Virus record (IMG/VR): IMGVR_UViG_3300005530_000004
Span: 1 to 64,000 of that record
Strand: one strand, 5' to 3'
DNA from: a virus
Length of the DNA stretch: 64,000 bases
Positions 1 through 10,292 of the stretch are shown here, piece by piece. A program made the translations under genes and the position numbers. Each line of letters opens with the position of its first letter. Positions within the stretch are counted from its first letter, which is position 1. The notes beneath the pieces were generated by a model. The model had not been told where the DNA came from, did not search any database, and saw nothing but the letters and a program-made list of their open reading frames with translations.

Positions 1-11
1 TTCCTAACGAA

Positions 12-197
12 GTGAATATAATCTTCTCTGATGGAAGTATATTAATATTTCCTGATGTGTTGCTTCAAGATGAAGAAGAGGAACAGCATATTCCCGAAGA
101 TCATCATATCGTAGAAGACGCTGATGGTGAAAGACTTGTGAAGAACAATCTCAGTAGGGATGTTAATGATCCTGACGATGATGGTTGTGGAACTTAA
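12..197 (+). CDS. hypothetical acidic protein
   Basis: ORF track; co-oriented with the downstream operon. Confidence 0.45.
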   Translation: MNIIFSDGSILIFPDVLLQDEEEEQHIPEDHHIVEDADGERLVKNNLSRDVNDPDDDGCGT

Positions 198-242
198 ATA
201 ATAAGAGAATAACTGTAAACTCGAAAGAAAAGGAAAAGAGCG

Positions 243-617
243 ATGTCAGTGTTTAACATTAAAATTCGATACAATCGTGCCCTATATGCAGCTGCATTTT
301 GGGCACATCGCCGTAAAGATATTACGGACGAACAATTTACTGCAATTCAAAATACTTTACAGGATGCAGGAAATTCAGACGGTTCTTGTGGTCATTGCGA
401 ACAATTTTCTTATAACGCCGGTGTAGATAATGGTGTTATTGATGCAAATGCACAACCTTTAGGAACTATTAACTGGGGTAATTTCTTACAATTCTTGACT
501 GCTTTGTTGCCGTTAATATTGCAATTTATTGCAATTATTAATCCTCCGAAGCCTCCGGTTCCGCCTACTCCTAGTTTAACTAGTGGCACTGGTAAGGATG
601 ATGTAGTTAAGAAGTAG
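243..617 (+). CDS. membrane protein, possibly lysis-related
   Basis: AAGGA RBS; amphipathic/hydrophobic INWGNFLQFLTALLPLILQFIAII followed by a Pro-rich tail. Confidence 0.55.
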   Translation: MSVFNIKIRYNRALYAAAFWAHRRKDITDEQFTAIQNTLQDAGNSDGSCGHCEQFSYNAGVDNGVIDANAQPLGTINWGNFLQFLTALLPLILQFIAIINPPKPPVPPTPSLTSGTGKDDVVKK

Positions 618-664
618 TGTTTGTTTTGGTCTCAACAAACTGTTGAAAAGAAAAAGGATAATGT

Positions 665-1153
665 ATGAAGAATTTATTGAGTGTTCTATTTAGTTTAGGT
701 TTACTGTGTTCAGGATTTAATAATATAAGTAATGCTGCTGTTGACAACCCTACTTGCTTGTGCGATGATTGTACGTGCAAAGACTGTAAGTGTAAGTTAT
801 GTAATGTGTCGGAGATCAAGCAAGTTGCTTATCGACCACGAATAATTTTTCGTGGCAGTAACAATAATGGTGGGACTTGTGCAAATGGAAGTTGTAATGC
901 ACCGCAGCAATCTAATTTATTTGTTGTTCCGATGCCGCAACCGCCGCAAGTAAATGATACAGTAAATGATACAGTAATTCTGCCTACACCAAATGCGCCG
1001 AAAGCAGCTTGCAGCAATTGTCCTGCTAACAATGTTGGCTCTACTCAACACGATTATAATTATAGCTATAATTATAATTATAAGCAGAGTTCTGGATATA
1101 ATAGAGGAAGTGGCCCTGTAAGAAAATTTATTAAGAAAATTTTCAATAGGTAA
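665..1153 (+). CDS. secreted Cys-rich protein
   Basis: N-terminal signal peptide; CLCDDCTCKDCKCKLC, CANGSC; basic C-terminus GPVRKFIKKIFNR. Confidence 0.65.
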   Translation: MKNLLSVLFSLGLLCSGFNNISNAAVDNPTCLCDDCTCKDCKCKLCNVSEIKQVAYRPRIIFRGSNNNGGTCANGSCNAPQQSNLFVVPMPQPPQVNDTVNDTVILPTPNAPKAACSNCPANNVGSTQHDYNYSYNYNYKQSSGYNRGSGPVRKFIKKIFNR

Positions 1154-1207
1154 GAGTAGAAAGAAAGAAAGAAAGAAAGAAAGAGTATATTAGACAAGGA
1201 AAGGCAG

Positions 1208-1582
1208 GTGATCGTGTCTAAGGCCACAACTACAGATAACAATATTGATGATAATGACAGTGGTGATAGAGATGGTGATAATGATTATAATATAAAAACT
1301 TATAGTCATATGAAAAGAAGTAGAAGAGAAGAGGAAGAATCACATTTTAAAATCCCTAAAGTGTGGTTACATACTTTAGGGGCATTAATTGTCACCAATA
1401 TTGTTACTGTAGTTGTGGCCGGTATTTCTTTGTATGTTGATGTTCAATTACTAAAGTCTAGGTCAGTTGACCAAATGAGAGCAATAAATAATCTGCAAGA
1501 TATTGTTCTTTATGGTAGATATCCAGGTTCAAGTAAACATCATTCTGGTTCTAATGGTTCGGATGACTCAAATCAGGATTAA
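1208..1582 (+). CDS. single-pass membrane protein (holin-like candidate)
   Basis: one TM segment WLHTLGALIVTNIVTVVVAGISLYV followed by a coiled coil. Confidence 0.5.
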   Translation: MIVSKATTTDNNIDDNDSGDRDGDNDYNIKTYSHMKRSRREEEESHFKIPKVWLHTLGALIVTNIVTVVVAGISLYVDVQLLKSRSVDQMRAINNLQDIVLYGRYPGSSKHHSGSNGSDDSNQD

Positions 1583-1587
1583 TATTC

Positions 1588-1800
1588 ATGTCAGTTCAAA
1601 TTAAAATAATTGAAGTTACAAGTAACGTACCTGCTCAGATTGAAAATTCTTTAAATGACTGGATAGATAATAGAGAGTTTAAGACCCTCGATATTCAACA
1701 TATTGTTGAATATAGCCCACCTAAGATTGGTACAAGAATTTATGTCTTGTATGAATTGCAAGAAGCATTTGTAGAAGAATTGCAAGAAGCCAGTGAATAA
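1588..1800 (+). CDS. small hypothetical protein (Cse60/DUF2758-like pattern)
   Basis: QIKIIE...IENSLNDWI...LDIQ...IYVLYE pattern. Confidence 0.45.
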   Translation: MSVQIKIIEVTSNVPAQIENSLNDWIDNREFKTLDIQHIVEYSPPKIGTRIYVLYELQEAFVEELQEASE

Positions 1801-2440
1801 CATGAAACCTACATCTTCTATGTCTCCAGAGCATTATAAGATTATTTGTTATACTGCTAATAAGCTCTATAAGAATAGTAGATCAGTTCGTGCATTAGGA
1901 GATATAGATGATGTAATTCAAATAGGCGTGATTGGTTTTTTAGATGCAGAGAAAAAATTTAAGCCGGAAAAAGGTTTCAAATTTGAAACCTATATGGTTT
2001 GGCGAATAAGAGGGGAAATATTAGATGCTGCAAGAAGTGCAGCATTTATTAAAGTTCCACGTCAAGCCATAATACACGGTGAAAAATTTATCCCAATAGA
2101 AAGCTTTGGTTCAGATAGACTAACATATCGTAATTGTAGCAATAGAAAAACATCAACCCATAAAGACTTTGATCCAGAAGATTTTTATTCATGTAGAAAT
2201 AGAGTGGAAAAAAATAGGGATATCAAGGAAGATATTAAAATATTTCTTAGAGGTTTATCTAATAGACACTTATATATTGTAGTTAGATACTTTGGATTAG
2301 ATGGAGATAAATCAGATACATTGAAAGTTATCGCTAAACAACTAGGACTTAGTGAGAGTAGATTATCACAAATATTGTCTGGTCTTTTAAAACTGTTTAA
2401 AGACGATAGTATTCTGCAAGACTATAAAGTCGCGTCATAA
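1793..2440 (+). CDS. sigma-70 family RNA polymerase sigma factor (FliA/WhiG-like)
   Basis: region 2 DDVIQIGVIGFLDAEKKFKPEKGFKFETYMVWRIRGEILDAAR; region 4 HTH TLKVIAKQLGLSESRLSQI. Confidence 0.92.
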   Translation: MNNMKPTSSMSPEHYKIICYTANKLYKNSRSVRALGDIDDVIQIGVIGFLDAEKKFKPEKGFKFETYMVWRIRGEILDAARSAAFIKVPRQAIIHGEKFIPIESFGSDRLTYRNCSNRKTSTHKDFDPEDFYSCRNRVEKNRDIKEDIKIFLRGLSNRHLYIVVRYFGLDGDKSDTLKVIAKQLGLSESRLSQILSGLLKLFKDDSILQDYKVAS

Positions 2441-2474
2441 ACCGAACATTATCCAAAGTATATGAACAGCATTT

Positions 2475-2690
2475 ATGGAATGGAACTGTTATGCTAGAAA
2501 CTATTTTCTAGGTGTAGTTATAGCAAATAAAGGTGAATCTGCAATAGAGCTTGCAGCATCTAACGAACTTTGGAGAAAATACTCACTAGTAAAATCTGAA
2601 ATATCTGTAATACAATCTAAAAAAGATGTGAATAAGCATAAAATAAATATAGAATCATGTAGAGACTATAGAATAAAGTATCCAAGTTGA
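2475..2690 (+). CDS. hypothetical protein
   Basis: ORF track; tight packing. Confidence 0.45.
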   Translation: MEWNCYARNYFLGVVIANKGESAIELAASNELWRKYSLVKSEISVIQSKKDVNKHKINIESCRDYRIKYPS

Positions 2691-2691
2691 A

Positions 2692-3003
2692 TTGCTAAAT
2701 AATATGATAACCACCCATGTAGCTGGAATACAAATAGTAGTTGGAAAATATAATATTCAACGATGTATTATTTGTGGACATGCAATAATATTAGAAGACC
2801 TATCAAGAATAGTTTATTCACATTGTGAAGGATCAAATGATAAACCATTTAAACCAAGTTGTTTTGATGTAGGGGCTTTGATTGAAATTAATAAAGAAGT
2901 GGGTGGTATTGCACAATATATAACAAAAATAGGTATGTTAGAAGAAGATTTTAAAGTAGAAAATTTACCTAAGAATATTTGTTTAGATTTGTTAGAATTA
3001 TAA
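2692..3003 (+). CDS. hypothetical protein with HxxG...QRCxxCG putative Zn motif
   Basis: ORF track; motif. Confidence 0.55.
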   Translation: MLNNMITTHVAGIQIVVGKYNIQRCIICGHAIILEDLSRIVYSHCEGSNDKPFKPSCFDVGALIEINKEVGGIAQYITKIGMLEEDFKVENLPKNICLDLLEL

Positions 3004-3009
3004 AATAGT

Positions 3010-4479
3010 ATGCTCACTCCTTCATGGACACCATTAAAATATCACGCTTTGCAAACAAAATTATGGAGAACTAAAGCACAATTTGTCGCTGTTGCAGCAG
3101 GTCGAGGATCTGGTAAAACAGAATTGGCGAGAAGGCGTGTTGTAAGATTTCTCCCAATTAAAAAAGATTGGCCAGACCCAATATATTTTTATGCTTTGCC
3201 AACAATAAAACAAGCTAAGCGAGTTGCATGGAATAAAATACTACATTTAGTACCAAAAGAATGGATTAAAAAAGTAAATATTACGGATATGACAATATCC
3301 ACAATATTTGGCAGCACACTATATGTTTTAGGAATGGATCAACCTCAAAGAATTGAAGGGGATCAATGGGACGGTGGAGTTCTTGATGAATCTTGTGACC
3401 AAAAACCAAAAGTATTTGATTTAAGTGTATTACCAGCACTTACACATAAAAATGGTTGGTGTTGGAGAATAGGTGTACCAAAAAGACACGGTATTGGTTC
3501 CAGAGATTTTAAAAGATTTTATAATTTAGGTGCTGGAATAAATGACGAAGAACATGTTGAAGAATATGAAGATGATGAATCAGAAGCAGCAGCTTTACAA
3601 TTAAAATCGGCAGCAATAGAATCATATTCTTGGCCCAGCAAAGATATATTATCTCCACAACAATTAGCTTGGTCAGAAGCAAACCTTGATCCAAGAGATT
3701 TTAACGAACAATATAATGCAACATGGGAAACTGCGAGTGGTGCAATTTTCTATGCTTATAAAGATGTAGAAGTATCTAGTACATCTAGTACATCTAGTAC
3801 ATCTAATGGAAATCTTGACAGCACAATACAATATCGTCCGGACTTACCATTAATAATAGGTCAAGATTTTAATGTCGATCCAATGGCTTGGATTGTTGCT
3901 CAGTGCAATCATCCTGATGATAAGAAAATTAGATTCAATGTATTTGATGAAATATACATACGAAACACAAATACAATAGAAGCACTAAAAGAGTTATATA
4001 AAAGATATGGACAACATCAAAATGGATTTGCATTTTATGGTGATGCTAGTGGTCGTGCAAGAAAAACTTCCGCTAGTATGTCAGATTACTTGTTAATTCA
4101 GCAAGCTGTACAACGAGGAGAGTTTAAAGGCGGCAGAGTTTACTTTTTAAGGGCAAATCCAAGAGTTCAGGACAGGCTTGCAGCATGTAATGCAATGTTT
4201 TGCAATGCAAGAAATGAACGAAGATTATTTATACATCCAAAATGTAAACATTTAAGACAAGACCTGCAAGAACGACAATATAAAGAAGGGACAAATGAGC
4301 CAGATGATTATGGTGATATTGGACATTGTTCTGATGCTTTAGGTTATCCAATACATAGAATGTTCCCAATTGGAGTAAAACTTACGGATAAAGACCCATC
4401 AGTACATACAAGTTATGCAAGTCAATCTAATACAGGTCAAAGAATAATTCCAGGAATGTCACCAGCTATTTTTAGATAA
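3010..4479 (+). CDS. terL: terminase large subunit
   Basis: Walker A AAGRGSGKT, Walker B GVLDES, nuclease motifs GQDFNVDPMA, YGDASG, HCSDALGY. Confidence 0.96.
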   Translation: MLTPSWTPLKYHALQTKLWRTKAQFVAVAAGRGSGKTELARRRVVRFLPIKKDWPDPIYFYALPTIKQAKRVAWNKILHLVPKEWIKKVNITDMTISTIFGSTLYVLGMDQPQRIEGDQWDGGVLDESCDQKPKVFDLSVLPALTHKNGWCWRIGVPKRHGIGSRDFKRFYNLGAGINDEEHVEEYEDDESEAAALQLKSAAIESYSWPSKDILSPQQLAWSEANLDPRDFNEQYNATWETASGAIFYAYKDVEVSSTSSTSSTSNGNLDSTIQYRPDLPLIIGQDFNVDPMAWIVAQCNHPDDKKIRFNVFDEIYIRNTNTIEALKELYKRYGQHQNGFAFYGDASGRARKTSASMSDYLLIQQAVQRGEFKGGRVYFLRANPRVQDRLAACNAMFCNARNERRLFIHPKCKHLRQDLQERQYKEGTNEPDDYGDIGHCSDALGYPIHRMFPIGVKLTDKDPSVHTSYASQSNTGQRIIPGMSPAIFR

Positions 4480-4503
4480 ATAAATGTCAACAGGCAATAC
4501 AAT

Positions 4504-4728
4504 ATGTCAACAACATATAAAATTAAAAAACTGTGGGAAATAGAGTACCCAATTGGTGAAAGCCCTTATGGGCCAGATAACATAGTTACTGAACATTGGG
4601 AAATAGCAAAATATATACTTGATGAATTAGTAAAATCAAAATCCCTTGAAATACCTGTATCTATTGCATATCTTATTTTAGATTTAAATTCGATGAATCC
4701 AGGTTGGGAAATTAAGTTAATAGATTAG
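4504..4728 (+). CDS. stand-alone paralogue of an internal portal segment (presumed clip region)
   Basis: 23/52 identical residues, ungapped, to portal aa ~293-344 (YPIGESPYGP vs YPIGTSPYGP ... DLN). Confidence 0.8.
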   Translation: MSTTYKIKKLWEIEYPIGESPYGPDNIVTEHWEIAKYILDELVKSKSLEIPVSIAYLILDLNSMNPGWEIKLID

Positions 4729-4746
4729 GTAAGCTAATAACATAAT

Positions 4747-6468
4747 ATGCCACAATTACGCGGACAAAAAGATTTAGACTCTTTGATTCTTTCATTGGAG
4801 AATCAAGGTGGAAGTAATTCTTCGTCCATAGCGAATATAAATACTGGAAGTGTAGGTGCAGAGCGCACTGGTGCGCAAATTCTTGCACAACCTCTTGCTG
4901 GTGGAATATTACATCCGAGTTGGAATGATGAACTCCCACAATCTTACGGAGATATTTGGGGTGAATTAGCAGATTTTCCAGGATTTCCTTGTGCAGATAT
5001 TTCTGGAACTGATGCTCCTGCAAATGATGCTTTTGGTTTACAAAGTGGTTGGAATGCTTTTTATACTAAGAGAGCATTATGGTATCGAGCAATTCGTTCG
5101 ATGCGGCGCGATCCAACTATTAATCTTGCTAGAATATTATCTATTGCACCGATTCTAGCCGCTGGTTGGTCATACGAAGAAAAGGAAAATGCACCTAAAG
5201 GTGCGAGACAATACATAGAAGATGAGATAGAACCGTATAGATTGCACTTAATTCAAACAGGAATGATGAACTGTTCAGATTTTGGCTGGCAATCCTATGA
5301 AATTGTTAAACATTATACAGAACAAGACAATAAAATACATATAAAGAAATTAAAACCACTATTGCCTGATTTAACACATATTCGTGTCAATCAAAGCAAT
5401 GGAGAGTTTATAGGCTTGCAGCAATTTCAGAACTTTGCAAGCATAATGAAGAACTCTATAATAAATTTAAGTATTGATGAATCTTTACTGTATTATATTG
5501 ATTATGAAGGAACAAATTGGTACGGCAACTCTACAATGCGAATTGCAGAGATGCCATATAGGTTTGCTGCAATTACTAATAAAGCGGCAATGCGATATGA
5601 TTTAAAGATTGCTGGTTCGCATTGGGTTGTTAGTTATCCTATTGGTACAAGCCCTTATGGGCCTGCGAAAGTTGAAACAGATAATTTTATAATAGCTCAA
5701 GATATAATTAGAACATTAGAAGCATCTGGCGCAGTTGCAATTCCAACGATGCTAGCTGCTTATATTTCTGATTTAAATGCTGTTGGTGGTGAATTTGCGT
5801 CTGAAAAACGAGATTGGAGAGTAGAAATACTTTCTGATAATTCTGGCGGCGCTGGTAGTTTTGATACGAGATTAAGATATCTTGACTCTTTAAAATTTAG
5901 AGCATTTGGACTTCCTGAACGATCTGCAACAGAAGGGCAATTTGGAACAAAAGCTGAATCAGCTACACAAATAGATTTTGCTTTGACACATATCATGTTT
6001 CGTGGAGATATGTTTTGTCAGCAGACTAATAAGGGCTTAACCAACTTATTATTAAAATTAAATTACGGTCCATGCTACGAGGGATCAGTATTCATAAAAC
6101 AAAAGCCATTAACTGATGAAGCAAAGGAAAGATTATTCCAGATATACATGAAGTTACTTGAATTACCAACAGCGGAGCCACAAGAAGTTGCTGGAATAGA
6201 CTTCAATGAATTGAAGAAAAAATTAGACATTCCAATAAATAAAGAATATATGGAAAGTAGTGAAGATGAAGGTTTAGAAAATTCAGAAGATGAAGCACCA
6301 GTAGATGAATCTACAAGCTTAGAAAGCATATTAAATTCAGTAAATCAAGGTCCAAATTATAACTATACATATACAGGTGACCCAGAAAAAGATAAAGAAA
6401 GCTTAGAAGAACTCACTAATAGAATAAATGGTAATGCGTATAAAGGCTATTCTTACTTAAAGAATTAA
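4747..6468 (+). CDS. portal protein (Mu gp29/DUF935-like)
   Basis: position after TerL; FGWQSYEIV, WYGNS, helical stem, acidic C-terminus. Confidence 0.85.
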   Translation: MPQLRGQKDLDSLILSLENQGGSNSSSIANINTGSVGAERTGAQILAQPLAGGILHPSWNDELPQSYGDIWGELADFPGFPCADISGTDAPANDAFGLQSGWNAFYTKRALWYRAIRSMRRDPTINLARILSIAPILAAGWSYEEKENAPKGARQYIEDEIEPYRLHLIQTGMMNCSDFGWQSYEIVKHYTEQDNKIHIKKLKPLLPDLTHIRVNQSNGEFIGLQQFQNFASIMKNSIINLSIDESLLYYIDYEGTNWYGNSTMRIAEMPYRFAAITNKAAMRYDLKIAGSHWVVSYPIGTSPYGPAKVETDNFIIAQDIIRTLEASGAVAIPTMLAAYISDLNAVGGEFASEKRDWRVEILSDNSGGAGSFDTRLRYLDSLKFRAFGLPERSATEGQFGTKAESATQIDFALTHIMFRGDMFCQQTNKGLTNLLLKLNYGPCYEGSVFIKQKPLTDEAKERLFQIYMKLLELPTAEPQEVAGIDFNELKKKLDIPINKEYMESSEDEGLENSEDEAPVDESTSLESILNSVNQGPNYNYTYTGDPEKDKESLEELTNRINGNAYKGYSYLKN

Positions 6469-6474
6469 ATAACA

Positions 6475-6843
6475 ATGAGCAAAAAGCAATTTTCAGAAAC
6501 TCCTGGTGGTATTGCACTTCCTCAAGATTTAGCACAAGGGCAATTACAAGCTATGCAGCGTAATATGCTCCGTGTTCAAGCTGCGATAGAAATAATGGGT
6601 AAAGTTACTTCTATCGCATATATGGAAGCAACTAATTCCGCTAGAACATCTAAATTCAATGAAATTAAAAGTAGATTAAAAGCGGAATCTCCAGAATATA
6701 CAACTGATGAAGAATTAAATCAAAAAGCTATGGAAGAATTTAATAAAGAAGGTCAAAACGTAAATATGCAAATTCCACTGGGTCAGTGTGCTGATCTTTC
6801 TGTAAAAGCAGCGGAGATATTAATAACAAGATTAGGTATTTAA
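6475..6843 (+). CDS. hypothetical protein
   Basis: ORF track. Confidence 0.6.
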   Translation: MSKKQFSETPGGIALPQDLAQGQLQAMQRNMLRVQAAIEIMGKVTSIAYMEATNSARTSKFNEIKSRLKAESPEYTTDEELNQKAMEEFNKEGQNVNMQIPLGQCADLSVKAAEILITRLGI

Positions 6844-6876
6844 AAGTATTTCTGAAAAACAGGAGAAGAAAATCTT

Positions 6877-7515
6877 ATGTTCTTAAATTTTACGAAGCAG
6901 GCAATTCTCAACCATTTTTTCAAAGGGACTGTTTATTCTCAGCCGGCAAATTTATATGTTGGTTTAAGTACAACTGATTTATTAGCTGATGGTTCTGGTA
7001 TTACAGAAGTTAGCGGAACTGCTTATGCTAGAGTTAATACAAATCTATGGACTGTTACAGCACCTAATCAAATATCTAATACTAATGCTGTAACTTTTGC
7101 ACAAGCCGGTGGTTCATGGGGTACTCCAATACAATGGTTTTTAAATGATGCAACTACTGCCGGAAATTATTTGTGTCGTGGCCCAATTGTATATCCAAAT
7201 ACACTTGTACCATTTATTGCGGATCATACTAATAATGTAGTTTATGTTCCAAGTGTTGGATTTACTAATGGACAAAATGTTCGTTTTTATGCACAAAGTT
7301 TACCTTCTGGCATATCTGGAAATACTAGCTACTTTGTTATTAATGTAAGTGCAACTAATGATTCATTCCAGATTAGTTTAACAAGTGGTGGTGCCGCAGT
7401 AACAATTGCCGCTGATGGACACGGATTTGTTGGTCAAGATTTCTCTCAGCCTGTTGTATTAAATAATACAGTAAGCTTTGCCGCTGGACAATTAATTGGC
7501 TTAATCGAAGGTTAA
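6877..7515 (+). CDS. virion structural protein (fibre/decoration type)
   Basis: LYVGLSTTD..GITEVSGTAYARV..ISNTNAVTFAQA..WGT, a common phage structural pattern, plus an inserted beta domain (GFTNGQNVRF..YFVINV..FQISLTSGG). Confidence 0.7.
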   Translation: MFLNFTKQAILNHFFKGTVYSQPANLYVGLSTTDLLADGSGITEVSGTAYARVNTNLWTVTAPNQISNTNAVTFAQAGGSWGTPIQWFLNDATTAGNYLCRGPIVYPNTLVPFIADHTNNVVYVPSVGFTNGQNVRFYAQSLPSGISGNTSYFVINVSATNDSFQISLTSGGAAVTIAADGHGFVGQDFSQPVVLNNTVSFAAGQLIGLIEG

Positions 7516-7523
7516 TAGGTAAA

Positions 7524-9089
7524 ATGAAAGATTTTCTTAATGCTTTATTACCTTTTAGTCCATTCACAGGAATTAAAAAGACAAAATTATCTTCTTCAAT
7601 AGTAACAGCCGGTGATAAAGAATATTTTGTCCCAATACAAGCATTAATATCTAGTATAAATCTTTCACATGAATTCATTAATACACCTTTTATACGTGCT
7701 CGTCTTGTCGTTTGTGATTTAGGATTCACACAACGTCAAAGAGAATGGATAACACGACAAGGCGAGCACGGCTTTAATATATTATTATTCAAACCAAAAA
7801 TTGTAATTGGTAAGGATGTATTCTTTTGGCAAACGTGGAATAAACCCTTTTATATTAAACAAGCAGCTAAAATATGTAAAACAAGAATTATTTGGATTGA
7901 TGCAGACTGTATTGTAACTGGACCACTTAAAATATTAGATAAGTTAGTATCTGAGAGATTTACAATAATATCAGATACAGCAGCAATAAACCACAGTGGT
8001 TTTGAACACGGTACTAAAGAAGCAAGAAATAGTAAAGAGCTATATAATCTATATCCAACCTCTTCTCGTTTTGAAGCTGGTGAAATACCTAATGCTGGTG
8101 TAATAGGAATAGATGTAAATAGAGAATTAGATGCAAAAATTCTTGACAATTGGATATGGTTGATAGGTAAGTGTGTTAAGGATAAAAGATTATTAGACAA
8201 GAAAATAAAAGATAGGCACACTCAAGGATGGATTGCATGGCACGATCAAGGGGCATTACAATGGGCGATGGAAAAGTGCAATGCTACAGGCAATTCTATA
8301 AAAGATTTAAGATTTAATGACCCTAAAACTTTAAGTAAAATAAATAGTTATAAAAATTTAATAGGTAGACTACACGATATTGAAGACACTAAAATAGCTC
8401 ATTTCCCATCTGGAGATAAACCATACAAGCATTTTCCTAATACATTTAATCCAGAAGCCATACAATATCCTAAAAATAGAACGGATTTAAAAATATTTGT
8501 GCTTGGGCATAAACCAGATAAAAAAAATGGTAAATTATCTGGTCCGTGTTTAGAACACATATATTTACCAGGTATATCTAAGGAAAATGACCTTGCAGAG
8601 TCCCGTATATTTTTAACTAATAAAATAAGTTTATGTAATAAAGAATATATAGGTTTAGCAACCGCTCAATGGGATATTAAGTACAAAGATAAATGCTTAC
8701 CATTAAACGAATTGCATAAATTACCTATGCAATTAAGTAGAGTGTGGTGTGGAGCAAAATCAGACTTTTATTGGTATGAATATACAGAACAAATTCATCC
8801 AGGAATGAAAAAGTATCTTGATTATTTAATTAAAGAGTTAAATATAAAATACATTAAGCATGAAATTCCTTGGAGCAATAATTTTATAGCTCACCATTCT
8901 GTACTTAATAATCTACAGCAATGGTGGTGGAATTGCTGGTCACTGTTAAAAATAAAATTCGGTAGTAATATAAAATATGGAATGGATGGTTTTGATACAA
9001 CAAGAACTGGATCGTATCTTGCTGAGAGAATCAGTATGTTGTTCTTTTGTATGCGAGATGATTTGAAATATATACAGATACCACAATAA
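7524..9089 (+). CDS. glycosyltransferase (GT-A fold, two domains)
   Basis: VVCDLG, WNKPFYI, IIWIDAD (DxD), NAGVIG, HDQGAL; C-terminal YLAER motif. Confidence 0.8.
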   Translation: MKDFLNALLPFSPFTGIKKTKLSSSIVTAGDKEYFVPIQALISSINLSHEFINTPFIRARLVVCDLGFTQRQREWITRQGEHGFNILLFKPKIVIGKDVFFWQTWNKPFYIKQAAKICKTRIIWIDADCIVTGPLKILDKLVSERFTIISDTAAINHSGFEHGTKEARNSKELYNLYPTSSRFEAGEIPNAGVIGIDVNRELDAKILDNWIWLIGKCVKDKRLLDKKIKDRHTQGWIAWHDQGALQWAMEKCNATGNSIKDLRFNDPKTLSKINSYKNLIGRLHDIEDTKIAHFPSGDKPYKHFPNTFNPEAIQYPKNRTDLKIFVLGHKPDKKNGKLSGPCLEHIYLPGISKENDLAESRIFLTNKISLCNKEYIGLATAQWDIKYKDKCLPLNELHKLPMQLSRVWCGAKSDFYWYEYTEQIHPGMKKYLDYLIKELNIKYIKHEIPWSNNFIAHHSVLNNLQQWWWNCWSLLKIKFGSNIKYGMDGFDTTRTGSYLAERISMLFFCMRDDLKYIQIPQ

Positions 9090-9100
9090 TATAATAAATT

Positions 9101-9676
9101 ATGAACCACGAAAAGGATCTAGTAAGTGCTGGAATACCAGATCAATTAGAGCTAATACGTTTAGTTAAGCAATTAAAAAATAAAAAGCCAATATGCGTAG
9201 AAATTGGAGCGTATATTGGAAGAACTGCAAGCGCTTTAATTCAAGGCGGTGCAGAACATGTTTATAGTATAGATTTATGGTCTGGTGATTTAACTGATGA
9301 TAGTAATTTGAAAGATTGGAGATGGGAACAAAATATAATAAAAGGTGAGAATGTACTTTCTCAATATTGTAATAATGTACCATTATTGAGTAAATGTACA
9401 CCGCTAATTGGTGACAGTATATGGTGGGCAAATAAATGGCCTTTTAAAGTTGACTTAATATTTATAGATGCTGACCATAACTATGAGTCTTGTTTATTAG
9501 ATATAAATGCTTGGTGGCCGCATCTTAAAACTGGTGGTATATTGTGTGGACATGATTATTGTGAACAATGCCCAGGGGTAATTCAAGCAGTTGATGAAGC
9601 ATTCATAAGTGAAATGGTTAATGGTAATAAAGTATCTATTGGTGGTTGGTCAATTTGGTCCATATATAAAAGTTAG
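9101..9676 (+). CDS. class I SAM-dependent methyltransferase (Methyltransf_24-like)
   Basis: VEIGAYIGRT, IDLW, DLIFIDADHNYE, LKTGGILCGHDY. Confidence 0.92.
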   Translation: MNHEKDLVSAGIPDQLELIRLVKQLKNKKPICVEIGAYIGRTASALIQGGAEHVYSIDLWSGDLTDDSNLKDWRWEQNIIKGENVLSQYCNNVPLLSKCTPLIGDSIWWANKWPFKVDLIFIDADHNYESCLLDINAWWPHLKTGGILCGHDYCEQCPGVIQAVDEAFISEMVNGNKVSIGGWSIWSIYKS

Positions 9677-9703
9677 ATACAAAAGTTAGATATAAAGTTA
9701 AAT

Positions 9704-10276
9704 ATGCCATTAGAAGGGCCACATTATTTTTCAACAGTTAGTAATCCTGGTGGAAGCTGGAATAACCCTTCTTTCGCAGAAAATGCACCTGACGGCTCAA
9801 GTGCAACATGGAATGCGTCACCAACAAACCCTGATTGGTTACTATTTACTAGCTGGCAATTTATATTCTCTACACCAGCTGTTTTAATACCTAGAGGATT
9901 TATAATTGAAATATTTGCTAAATCTCTTGCTCAAACAATAAATTTTTATACTCAGCTATTGGTTAATGGTTTAGTATACGGCAGAACGGCAGTAAAAAAT
10001 ATACCTGTACCTACAGCTTTTCAGTGGTTTACAGTAGCAGATTCAACATGGGATGAAACAGGATTTTCTGTAATCAATAGTCCTAGTGATATTGGTTTTC
10101 AACTTCATTTTGATAGTCCAATAGGTCAAATTTTTATTGACTCTGCTAGAATGACTGTACAATATAATGATGGATTTTTCGATCCTGGATATGGGTTCAG
10201 TAAAAGAACCAGAAGATTCAAATCTACACGAAATCATCAAACAAAAATAGTCTCACAAGTAAGATTTAATGGGTAA
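9704..10276 (+). CDS. putative virion protein (beta-sandwich)
   Basis: WNNPSFA..PDGSSA..IDSARMTVQY; structural gene context. Confidence 0.55.
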   Translation: MPLEGPHYFSTVSNPGGSWNNPSFAENAPDGSSATWNASPTNPDWLLFTSWQFIFSTPAVLIPRGFIIEIFAKSLAQTINFYTQLLVNGLVYGRTAVKNIPVPTAFQWFTVADSTWDETGFSVINSPSDIGFQLHFDSPIGQIFIDSARMTVQYNDGFFDPGYGFSKRTRRFKSTRNHQTKIVSQVRFNG

Positions 10277-10292
10277 CAGGTAATATATTATT

